DNA of 64,000 bases from Bdellovibrio sp. GTDB lineage: Bacteria; Myxococcota; SpSt-1050. Positions within the stretch are counted from its first letter, which is position 1, and every line of letters starts with the position of its first letter. The notes under the pieces are model-generated. The model saw nothing but the letters and a program-made list of their open reading frames with translations, made no database searches and was not told the DNA's origin. A program made the translations under genes and the position numbers. The stretch spans positions 11,676-75,675 of the forward strand of contig DYEF01000070.1 in NCBI GenBank assembly GCA_020725805.1. Reading direction: 5' to 3'. Below, in pieces: positions 8,757-17,321 of this stretch.

Positions 8757-11700
8757 TCACTTTAGTACCATAGTATTCTGTCCGTAATATACATATTCCG
8801 TACCAACTGTATCTCTCCTGATTTCTATTCTTATCTGACCAACACCAGTTGGTTTCGTATATGTAATAACCGGACAATTTAGTGCCGTATTGGTTGTAGT
8901 GGCTGTAAATGTACAATCACTACCAACCTGTGTACCATTTACAAGAAATCTGATTCTTCCCGCTATTGTACCCGCACTTGAACTGATAAATCCTAATGCA
9001 CGCAATGTATTTCCGGGTATCGAATCAAAATCCACTGCCCATTTATTCAATTCTACCCAACTTGTCTGGTTTGTACCATATAAGCCTTCAGGCACACCTG
9101 TCAGGATAACTGCCGCATGCCAGCTATCTACCATATCTGCATTGAGATTGGCAACCTGAGTCGTCGAACTAACAGTAAGAGGGGCTGTACCTGTGGCAAC
9201 AGCAGATATTAATTGACCACTCGCTCTGATATTACCTGACACATCAAGTTTCTGTACAGGCACGGTATTACCAATACCGACATTATTATCTTCGCCACTA
9301 ATAAAAATCTGAGTCCCTGAAGTATTGGATATCCCGAATGAGCCAAGACTTGTTGTTGCATAAATAGTCCAGTCTGAAGACCTTGTGCCATTAACCGGCC
9401 CAGTAAAATTATACTGTAATCTCAATGCCACGTTCCCTGCAGTACTGCCAGTACTATATAGATGCAGTTTTGACGATGGAGCTGATGTACCAATTCCCAC
9501 ACTCCCGGATGTCGTCGCGAGATATGTATTGCCCGATACAGTTAAGGTGTCCAGAGTTCCAACTCCTGTAATATTGGTATAACTACCTGCGGATAAATCA
9601 CTATTAGTAATTGTACCATCAGTAATCATAGAAGATGTAATACTATTTGCCTGGTTTTCATTTACAAATGTAGAATCACAGGTGTTACAGGAAGTAATCC
9701 CGAGGTCTGTATCGCACATAAAATATTCTACACCGGGCTGCTCCACATAATATTTTACAACCTGTCCGCTTGAGCAGCCTGACTTTGCAAGTTTTGAAAG
9801 AGTAATCGTACTGTTTGCTATATCAGAACCTGTAATTGTACCATCTGTTATCATTGCTGATGTGATACTATTAGCCTGATTCTCATTCACAAACCTCGAA
9901 TCGTATGCCGAACCATCCTGATAAGCTGAAGAGAGGGAGATTGTGCCGCTCGTAGTTATAGGACCGCCGGTGAGACCGGTACCGGTCTGTATGCTCGTTA
10001 CCGTGCCGCCAGAGTTGGCGTCATCCGAACATATCCAGGCTGTATTCGTTGCATTTCTCTTCATTATCTGATTTGCAGTGCAGGTATTTGCACCTATATC
10101 GGCAAAGAGTATCGTCCCGTCTGTTATCTCCGATGATTCTATTGAGTTGCCGAGCAGAGAAACATTCGATGATAATCTTGCATCCGATATCGTTCCGGAT
10201 GTGATATCCGCCCCGGAGTGTGTGTGTGATGATGAGGCAAATGAACTTGCGTGTTGCCCGTCGAGCATATCGGCATTCAGATTTGCTACCAGAGTAGTGG
10301 AGGCTATGCTGAAAGGCGCGGTCCCTGTTGATACCGTGGATACATAGCTCGGCGCACTCGGTGCTACTGAAAATGTCTTTGCACCGCCTATTGTCTGTGC
10401 AGTGCTGAGGTCTACAAAATTCTGGGTGCTTGAACCCGTACCGCCATTTGTTATCGGTATTACACCTGTCAGAGATATATTCGGTGTGGTCCCGCCACTG
10501 CTTGAAAGCGGGGCACTCGCTGTAACAGATGTAACGGTACCACCGGAATTGTTGTCATTGGCACAGACCCAGTTGCCTGCAATATCATTGTATTTAATGG
10601 TCTGACCGTTTGTACAACCCGACTGCGCAAGTTTGTTTATATTTACGGAGGAAACTGCAATATGCGAATCTCCGACCGACCCTCCTGCTATCATTGCAGA
10701 GGTTATGCTGCCGGGCTGATTTTCATTCACAAACCTCGAATCGTATGCCGAACCGTCCTGATACGCAGAAGTAAGAGATATGGTCCCGCTGCTTGTAATC
10801 GGGTCCGGAGTTACGGAGATACCGTTTCCTCCCGAGATATTTACCGAGCCGCCTCCGCCTGATACCTCATCAGCGGCACACTCCCATTTTCCGGTTGCAC
10901 CGGAGAACTTCAGAATCTGTCCGTTGACACAACCTGAGCTGTTCAGTTTATTCTTCGAAACGGCATTATCCGCAATCATAGACTCGGTTACAGATGACGG
11001 CTGCCCCTGCTGGATATAAAGATTGTCAAAGTATGTCTTATCAATAGAAATAGTACCAACTCCTATAATCGGATTAGGGTCAACAACTATGCCTATACCG
11101 GCACTGATAGAGACGGAACCACCTCCTCCGCCACATAAATCACACACAACAGTCCCGTCTTCATTGATTTTTGTAACACAGGTCCCGGGATTGCAAAATC
11201 CCGTTATTCTGTTCTGTTTGCCGGCGAATAACAGATAATCCTCTTTGGACAGATAGCCGTCAGTGCCATCACCAGCCTTCGGAATACCGATACTTCCGGT
11301 ATCTGTAATAGTCCCGCCCGTAAGTGGAGAAAGAGCAGTTATGCTCTTTACACCGGGAATGGAAGAACTGTCGCCGGACCATTTACCATTTTCGTCGATG
11401 ATCTTCTTCCCGCCTATAGTAATACTCGTAGGGTGAATATCGCCCACCACATCATAGGAAACGAAGGCAAACGGGACAGCCCCGATTCTCTGCCGCGGGG
11501 ACAAGGCCTCATTATTTATTCTTACCTCGAGAAAGAGACTGTTTTTATCTGAAAAGACTGAATATAGATTGGAATTTTTCCCTATCTCCAGAGCATAAAA
11601 CCCGTCCTTGACACTGACAGAGCCGATATCCTCTTCCAGAATAGCAGTACCACCGCTCTGTGTCTCATAAATTCCGAATGAGATATTGAGATTACCGTTT

Positions 11701-11819
11701 ACCGGATTTCCGTTCGTATCGGTGAGATATCCCTGATGGAGTATTACCCTCGGAATATCACCGGCATAAGATATTAGAGAGAAGATAAAGACTACAATGA
11801 AAACCATCTTCCTTAACAT
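8757..11819 (-). CDS. large secreted repeat protein, tail-fibre/adhesin-like
   Basis: Start MLRKMVFIVVFIFSLISYA with AAGGAGG upstream. Recurrent units C-x-NGQ-(I/V)-K-(F/Y)...W-x-C-A-x-D...GGGGSV and LSSAYQDGSAYDSRFVNENQ.NSITSAMI.DGTIT. Gly/Ser/Thr-rich. Confidence 0.8.
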   Translation of the reverse strand: MLRKMVFIVVFIFSLISYAGDIPRVILHQGYLTDTNGNPVNGNLNISFGIYETQSGGTAILEEDIGSVSVKDGFYALEIGKNSNLYSVFSDKNSLFLEVRINNEALSPRQRIGAVPFAFVSYDVVGDIHPTSITIGGKKIIDENGKWSGDSSSIPGVKSITALSPLTGGTITDTGSIGIPKAGDGTDGYLSKEDYLLFAGKQNRITGFCNPGTCVTKINEDGTVVCDLCGGGGGSVSISAGIGIVVDPNPIIGVGTISIDKTYFDNLYIQQGQPSSVTESMIADNAVSKNKLNSSGCVNGQILKFSGATGKWECAADEVSGGGGSVNISGGNGISVTPDPITSSGTISLTSAYQDGSAYDSRFVNENQPGSITSAMIAGGSVGDSHIAVSSVNINKLAQSGCTNGQTIKYNDIAGNWVCANDNNSGGTVTSVTASAPLSSSGGTTPNISLTGVIPITNGGTGSSTQNFVDLSTAQTIGGAKTFSVAPSAPSYVSTVSTGTAPFSIASTTLVANLNADMLDGQHASSFASSSHTHSGADITSGTISDARLSSNVSLLGNSIESSEITDGTILFADIGANTCTANQIMKRNATNTAWICSDDANSGGTVTSIQTGTGLTGGPITTSGTISLSSAYQDGSAYDSRFVNENQANSITSAMITDGTITGSDIANSTITLSKLAKSGCSSGQVVKYYVEQPGVEYFMCDTDLGITSCNTCDSTFVNENQANSITSSMITDGTITNSDLSAGSYTNITGVGTLDTLTVSGNTYLATTSGSVGIGTSAPSSKLHLYSTGSTAGNVALRLQYNFTGPVNGTRSSDWTIYATTSLGSFGISNTSGTQIFISGEDNNVGIGNTVPVQKLDVSGNIRASGQLISAVATGTAPLTVSSTTQVANLNADMVDSWHAAVILTGVPEGLYGTNQTSWVELNKWAVDFDSIPGNTLRALGFISSSAGTIAGRIRFLVNGTQVGSDCTFTATTTNTALNCPVITYTKPTGVGQIRIEIRRDTVGTEYVYYGQNTMVLK
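9600..10800. repeat. intragenic near-identical DNA repeats inside 8757..11819
   Basis: ctgattctcattcacaaacctcgaatcgtatgccgaaccatcctgata at ~9881-9927 matches ~10721-10767, exactly 840 bp apart. A diverged copy lies at ~9640-9680. Confidence 0.7.
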
Positions 11820-11838
11820 TATAAACCTCCTTAAAATA

Positions 11839-12336
11839 TTACTTTTTAAAAAGCACATTTCTGTGCAATATATACTGACTGTTTCTCATCTCCTCCGAGG
11901 CGGTAAAACCTGTCACAGATTCGAGGACATAATTGGGTGAAGTACAGATACCCGCACTCGAATCATACACAGATTCAATACGGAGAATATAATTTACCTG
12001 CACGTCTGTACCACCGTCAGTAATATCGGATATTTCCTCCACACCTCCGGTATCCTCAATATCCTGAATATCTTCCGCATCGGAAATATCCGCAATATCC
12101 TCTGTATCTGTTGCGGTATCCGTGACATCCTGCATAACATCTGTAACAGCATCAGTACCGGCATCCCTGACTAATTTTATGCACCCCTTTGTCTTATCGC
12201 AGACATAACCATCCTTGCAGTCCTTATCTGTCTCACACTGGAAGGTAAAATCCTTTATTCCGATATCTTCCGAACAGGAAAAGAGCACAAATATCATACC
12301 TGCCAAAAGTATATAAATCAGATTCTTTATTCTCAT
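11839..12336 (-). CDS. small lipoprotein with Cys-rich module and acidic D-I repeat
   Basis: Start MRIKNLIYILLAGMIFVLFSCSE (lipobox FSC) with GGAGG upstream. CETDKDCKDGYVCDKTKGC, then TEDIADISDAEDIQDIEDTGG. Confidence 0.7.
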   Translation of the reverse strand: MRIKNLIYILLAGMIFVLFSCSEDIGIKDFTFQCETDKDCKDGYVCDKTKGCIKLVRDAGTDAVTDVMQDVTDTATDTEDIADISDAEDIQDIEDTGGVEEISDITDGGTDVQVNYILRIESVYDSSAGICTSPNYVLESVTGFTASEEMRNSQYILHRNVLFKK

Positions 12337-12355
12337 CTGATTCCTCCTAATAAAA

Positions 12356-13198
12356 CTAAAATTCAAAAGAACTATTTACCACAAAACCATCACTGCCAAA
12401 AGAGAATGAAACTTTCTTGTCTTTTTTATCTTTTTTGATTTTATTCAAAACAAAATAACTGGTAATCCCTCCCGCTATCGCAAGTGAACCAACTGCAATC
12501 AATGTGTTGCCTATTATAACATTCGTATTGATATCATCCTGTTTCTGCTGTGCCTCTGCCTTTGTAATACCGATTATATTGCCCAGCTCATCTCTGGGGG
12601 CATCATTGAGTTTCTTTCTGTAATCCTCTGCATCGGAAGCGGCATTGAGCCTTACAACGATACCCGGTATAAAGAGCACGGCACCGGCAGCAAAGAGACT
12701 GACAGGGACGATATTCTCCTTAAAGAAATTCTCCTTCTTCTCCGGTTGGTCCGTCTTTGAAATGATAGTAACTCTCTCCTCCACATCAGTCTTGACGGGT
12801 TTTGCCTCGATTATCTTTGCTTTCGGGGTCTCATCCTTTTTCAATCCCTTTTTTACTTTAGCAAAAGGCTCTCTGAGTTTCGGGGATACAGAAGGAGAGA
12901 GGGTATAATCAGGGTCTATATCATAAATTTCCTTAATGACATTTTCTGCAAGTGCCTTCCTGTCCGAGAGTATATAGATAAATGCCTTATATTTATACAG
13001 TTCCAGCAGTTCCTCTTTTTTCATACTGAATTTGTATTGTTCGAGCTGATTTATCTCCTTGAGGCATTTTTCATAATCCATATTGTCATATAATTCCACG
13101 ACCTTCTTTATTTTTGCAGAATAATCCTCTGCAAACAAAAGGCCGAAGAAACACATAAATAACACTACAAAAAACAAGATTTTGATTGATCTTTTCAT
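12356..13198 (-). CDS. membrane protein: signal peptide, TPR-like helical region, C-terminal 2-TM hairpin
   Basis: Start MKRSIKILFFVVLF with GGAG upstream. C-terminal module SDAEDYRKKL...IIGNTLIAVGSLAIAGG resembles the C-termini of 39075..39995 and 42009..42695. Confidence 0.6.
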   Translation of the reverse strand: MKRSIKILFFVVLFMCFFGLLFAEDYSAKIKKVVELYDNMDYEKCLKEINQLEQYKFSMKKEELLELYKYKAFIYILSDRKALAENVIKEIYDIDPDYTLSPSVSPKLREPFAKVKKGLKKDETPKAKIIEAKPVKTDVEERVTIISKTDQPEKKENFFKENIVPVSLFAAGAVLFIPGIVVRLNAASDAEDYRKKLNDAPRDELGNIIGITKAEAQQKQDDINTNVIIGNTLIAVGSLAIAGGITSYFVLNKIKKDKKDKKVSFSFGSDGFVVNSSFEF

Positions 13199-13349
13199 AG
13201 ATTCTTTCTCCATCAGTTTGCCGGTTTCCATTATGCCATATAATACCTCTATGTCAATTGACTTTTAATTTACCCCGGGAATACCCCGAAATGCATCGTA
13301 AATCCAAAGACGAAGTACAGAAGCAAAACCTCCGGATGATTTTTTTTAT

Positions 13350-13377
13350 TTGCATTTGCACCCAAATAGTGGATAAT
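13350..13377 (+). promoter_or_regulatory. putative sigma70 promoter, TTGCAT-16-GATAAT
   Basis: -10 ends 8 nt before ATG 13386 with no RBS between, implying a leaderless or near-leaderless transcript. Confidence 0.4.
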
Positions 13378-13385
13378 CAGCATAC

Positions 13386-14618
13386 ATGATTGACTCAAAT
13401 TTCAGAATCAAAGAACTTTTAGAGATAAATCAGGAACTAACCCAGCTGAAGGACCTTGACCTTTTGCTCGACCATATTCTGAAAAAGGCAAGGATGTTTA
13501 CAAACGCAGATGCAGGCTCAATCTATATCGTAGAGAATGAAAAACTCAGATTCAAATCCAATCAGAATGATACGCTCAGCAGCAGACTCCCGAAGGGAAA
13601 GAAGCTCATCTTTTCGTCCTTCTCTATCCCCATAGACAACAGGTCGATATCCGGTTATGTCGCACTCTCCGGCGAGATACTCAACATACCGGATGTCTAT
13701 AAATTAAGCCCGAATGTCCCATATCACTTCGACAGCACCTACGACGAGATATCAGGATACAAGACCCATTCAATGCTCACAATCCCGCTAAAAAATCAGC
13801 AGGGAAATATCGTAGGGGTTCTACAGCTTATTAACGCACGGAATCAAAAACTGGAGATCATACCATTTTTAAGAGAAGATGAGCCACTTATTTTGTACTT
13901 TGCTAACGCAGCTGCAATTGCTATCGAAAGGGCAAAGCTAACCCGAAATATGATTATACGGATGATAAATATGGCCGGACTCAGAGACCCAAAAGAGACG
14001 GGTGCCCACGTTAACAGGGTTGGTTCATACGCCGTCGAGATATACGAAGTCTGGGCAAAGAAACAGGGAATCGATGAAAATCAGATATACCGCAATAAGG
14101 ATATTCTCAGACTCGCAGCCATGCTTCACGATGTAGGCAAGGTTGCCATACCGGATTCGATTCTGAAAAAGCCCGCGAGATTCACCCCGGAAGAATACGA
14201 TGTAATGAAGGGACACACATTCTACGGGGCAAGGCTCTTTTCAGAGAGACTCTCGGAGCTCGATGAGGCATCATATATCGTTTCACTCGAACATCACGAG
14301 AGATGGGACGGCAAGGGTTATCCGGGACACATAAACCCTGTGACATTAAAACCGGTAACGGGATATGAGACTCAGGACGGAAAGGCAAAGGGAAAAGCCG
14401 GCACAGAGATTCACCCGTTCGGGAGGGTCGTGGCAATCGCAGACGTCTATGATGCACTCTCCTCGAAGAGGGTCTATAAAGAGGCCTGGAGCGAAGACCG
14501 GGTACTCACTACAATAAGGGAAGAAGCAGGTAAACAATTCGATGCAGATATGGTCGAAGCCTTCTTCGAAGCACTTGATGTCATAAAAAATATCTCTGAA
14601 AAATATCCGGAAGAATAA
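13386..14618 (+). CDS. GAF-domain HD-GYP cyclic-di-GMP phosphodiesterase
   Basis: N-terminal GAF-like region. HD domain LAAMLHDVGKVAIPD and HHERWDGKGYPG signature. Confidence 0.9.
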   Translation: MIDSNFRIKELLEINQELTQLKDLDLLLDHILKKARMFTNADAGSIYIVENEKLRFKSNQNDTLSSRLPKGKKLIFSSFSIPIDNRSISGYVALSGEILNIPDVYKLSPNVPYHFDSTYDEISGYKTHSMLTIPLKNQQGNIVGVLQLINARNQKLEIIPFLREDEPLILYFANAAAIAIERAKLTRNMIIRMINMAGLRDPKETGAHVNRVGSYAVEIYEVWAKKQGIDENQIYRNKDILRLAAMLHDVGKVAIPDSILKKPARFTPEEYDVMKGHTFYGARLFSERLSELDEASYIVSLEHHERWDGKGYPGHINPVTLKPVTGYETQDGKAKGKAGTEIHPFGRVVAIADVYDALSSKRVYKEAWSEDRVLTTIREEAGKQFDADMVEAFFEALDVIKNISEKYPEE

Positions 14619-14721
14619 TCAAAACAAAAAAATTCAATAAAACTGATTTTGTTTATTGACACCTATGACGCATTGTGTTACTTTCTTATTCAGAAAAGAT
14701 TAACCCTTTAAGGAGGATATT

Positions 14722-15051
14722 ATGTCAGATTTAACTCCCGCAATGTTCTTTGAACAGATGAAGACAAAGGTTGCAGGCAATCCCGACTTGGTAGCAAAAC
14801 TCAATACAGTATATCAGTTCAAACTGAACGGACCAAACGGCGGCGAATGGTATGTTGACCTTACAAAGCCCGGAGGAGAGATCGCTCAGGGGACAAACCC
14901 GAATGCAAAGTGCACTATTACAATGAGTGATGCCGACTTTATTTCGCTCGTTCAGGGCAAACTCAACTCACAGATGGCATTTATGACCGGCAAGCTTAAG
15001 ATTCAGGGCGATATGGGACTTGCACTCAAACTTCAGAATCTGCTCAAATAA
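14722..15051 (+). CDS. SCP2 sterol-carrier-like domain protein
   Basis: AAGGAGG upstream. C-terminal MAFMTGKLKIQGDMGLALKLQ typical of the SCP-2 fold. Confidence 0.85.
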   Translation: MSDLTPAMFFEQMKTKVAGNPDLVAKLNTVYQFKLNGPNGGEWYVDLTKPGGEIAQGTNPNAKCTITMSDADFISLVQGKLNSQMAFMTGKLKIQGDMGLALKLQNLLK

Positions 15052-15077
15052 GAGAATTCTTTCCAACAAATAAGAAA

Positions 15078-15102
15078 GGGAGCGATGTCTCCCTTTTTTT
15101 TT
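15078..15102 (+). terminator. rho-independent terminator
   Basis: GGGAGcgatgtCTCCC hairpin followed by T9, immediately after 14722..15051. Confidence 0.75.
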
Positions 15103-15111
15103 ATCACAGAG

Positions 15112-16518
15112 ATGAAACACATTCCTGCAATCCTGATATTTTCCGTTATGCTGATTTTTCAGCTATCAGTCATAGGTGAAGCAGGACCGGGGGATTCGGA
15201 AGCATACTATTACAGCTGGTCAAGAAACCTGAATCTGTCATACTACGACCACCCTGCAGGTATTGCTTTCCTGATAAGACTTTCTACCTCTATATTCGGG
15301 CATAACACCTTTGGACTCAGGTTCTTCTCAACACTTTTGATAAATTTATCACTTCTGATACTTTATATAACTTCCTTTTTTATTGTCCAAAACGAAAAGA
15401 GAGCACTCTACAGTATGCTATTTCTGATAGCCACCCCCGCTTTCATTATAGGAGGTGTATCAGCTTCTCCCGAGCCTCCGCTGATATTCTTCTGCTCGCT
15501 CAGTCTGTTTTTCTTCTCAATCTATATCAGAAAAGCCGAATCAAAATATCTTTATGCGGCATTTGTCCTGACAGGGATTGCGTTTAATATAAAATATCCG
15601 GCAATCTTTCTGACAACAGCTTATTTCTATATCCTCATCAGACATTTCAGTCTGGACAAAAAGACATTTATCCGTCTTGCCGTTATAACTTTTATCCCGC
15701 TTCTACCGGTATTAATCTGGAACATTCTTCACAAGGGCGCCTCTTTCGAATACCATTTGCTCAGTCGGGTAAACCCGCTCTATATCCCCCTTAACACACT
15801 AAAGTTCATCGGCGGACAGATGCTCTATTTTAACCCAATACTGACTGTATTGCTCTCGATATTTCTTTTCAGAAAGATAAGGGAAAAAAGTAAAAATCTC
15901 CTTGTCGAGTTGTTTCTGGTATTACTGATATTATCCGCTGTCCCCATGCTTCTGATAAGAGATTCGGAACCGCACTGGTCATCTCTTGTATATCCGGTAG
16001 CCGCTTTACTCTTCTCGGAAGAACCAGACAGATATAAAAAGACATTCCATTCTGCATTAGGCCTCAATCTGATACTCTCAGGTCTTTTCATTTATCATAT
16101 TCTCTCTCCGGCATTTACGGAAGGTCTTCTCAAAAAACAGAATCCCAGATATGATATTACAAATGAACTCTTCGGATGGGAGAATGTGGCCGAAAATATC
16201 GATTACATTGTTGCAACGGAGAAGATTAACAAAAATGAAACCCTTTTGGTCTCAAATCATTATACAATGTGCGGCCAGCTGATGTTTGCAACAAAATCTC
16301 TATATAAGGTCGCCTGCAGAGGCAAAAGATGCAACCAGTTTAAGATAGATGACATAAAAGACGAGAGGAATATCAGATTATTTATTTTTGTCACAGATAA
16401 CAGATTTACTGAAATTCCGCGGTTTTACAGAGATGGTGCCATTGAGCAGAAAATAAAAATCTACCGGGGAGAACGGGTAGTCAGGGAGTTTCACCTCTTT
16501 GTCAAGAAGGTATTGTGA
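15112..16518 (+). CDS. GT39/GT83-like lipid-carrier-dependent glycosyltransferase (ArnT/PMT family)
   Basis: About 10 TM helices. First-loop GDSEAYYYSW acidic/aromatic motif typical of ArnT/PMT. Start moved to MKHIPAIL because ORF-track start 15085 lies inside the terminator hairpin. Confidence 0.7.
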   Translation: MKHIPAILIFSVMLIFQLSVIGEAGPGDSEAYYYSWSRNLNLSYYDHPAGIAFLIRLSTSIFGHNTFGLRFFSTLLINLSLLILYITSFFIVQNEKRALYSMLFLIATPAFIIGGVSASPEPPLIFFCSLSLFFFSIYIRKAESKYLYAAFVLTGIAFNIKYPAIFLTTAYFYILIRHFSLDKKTFIRLAVITFIPLLPVLIWNILHKGASFEYHLLSRVNPLYIPLNTLKFIGGQMLYFNPILTVLLSIFLFRKIREKSKNLLVELFLVLLILSAVPMLLIRDSEPHWSSLVYPVAALLFSEEPDRYKKTFHSALGLNLILSGLFIYHILSPAFTEGLLKKQNPRYDITNELFGWENVAENIDYIVATEKINKNETLLVSNHYTMCGQLMFATKSLYKVACRGKRCNQFKIDDIKDERNIRLFIFVTDNRFTEIPRFYRDGAIEQKIKIYRGERVVREFHLFVKKVL

Positions 16519-17321
16519 GAGCCGTATAGTTGCTGTATCAGACCAGTAGCCAGTGTATATAGTTTATAGACTTCCGGATAGCTGTTTTTTAAGTAATCAC
16601 TGTGCATCTTCAATATGCCCTTATCCCGCCTGACGGCAGGTCCCGTGATGGTATTCTCGATACCGAACTTTTTCAGATTAAAAAGAGTAGAGTTCAAAAG
16701 GGAGAAGATAAAATTTTCTGCATCCCTTTGAGGAAAGTCTGTCTTTCTCAGTAATTCATAGGCAATCCTGAGCAGAAGGGCCGTAAAATTACTTACAAAC
16801 ACGGCGGATATATGATAGGGAATCTTCTCTCTGTCATCAATATAGACAGGTCTTATTCCGGCCTTTTTCAGAACACCTTTTATCAATCTTACATCACACT
16901 GATTGCAGGAGAGTGTAAAACAAATCTTTTCAATATCCACATCTTTTCTCGTTTTATAAAATGAAAAATACGGGTGCAACGCACATACTATAAAACCTCT
17001 TTCTCTCAGTCTTTTAAGATTTTCATAACTGAGAGTTCCGGAAGTATGACAGACTATAACTTTTTTACTGACATTCTTATGTAATGCTATATAAATACTT
17101 TCTGCAACGGAACTTATCTGCGAATCCGGTACCGAAATAATAATCAGGTCATAATTCTCAGGCCTTTTCACAAACTGTTCAAAAGAACAACCCCTTATTT
17201 TACTACCTTTTCGTTTCAGTATATGAACAACTGCCCGCCTATGAAGAGCGTATCTTAAAGTACCACCAACTCTTCCGGCTCCATAAATGAATATTTTAAG
17301 TCTATCTCTTTTCAAAGACAA
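16491..17321 (-). CDS. Rossmann-fold NAD(P)-binding protein (DUF2520-like)
   Basis: IFIYGAGRVGG dinucleotide-binding motif. Overlaps the downstream Clp gene start by 20 nt. Confidence 0.55.
   Translation of the reverse strand: MSLKRDRLKIFIYGAGRVGGTLRYALHRRAVVHILKRKGSKIRGCSFEQFVKRPENYDLIIISVPDSQISSVAESIYIALHKNVSKKVIVCHTSGTLSYENLKRLRERGFIVCALHPYFSFYKTRKDVDIEKICFTLSCNQCDVRLIKGVLKKAGIRPVYIDDREKIPYHISAVFVSNFTALLLRIAYELLRKTDFPQRDAENFIFSLLNSTLFNLKKFGIENTITGPAVRRDKGILKMHSDYLKNSYPEVYKLYTLATGLIQQLYGSHNTFLTKR

Noticed and set aside
8757-11819. Prophage remnant suggested by tail-fibre-like repeats
   Set aside because: No integrase, terminase, capsid, tail tube or baseplate genes in the neighbourhood. 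The protein has a Sec signal peptide and sits among cellular envelope genes. More likely a cellular adhesin or surface-layer-like protein.
15085-15111. ORF-track start (MSPFFFITE) of the GT39-like gene
   Set aside because: The ATG lies in the loop of the 15078..15102 terminator hairpin and the codons run through the T9 tract. The downstream Met (MKHIPAIL) is the likelier start.
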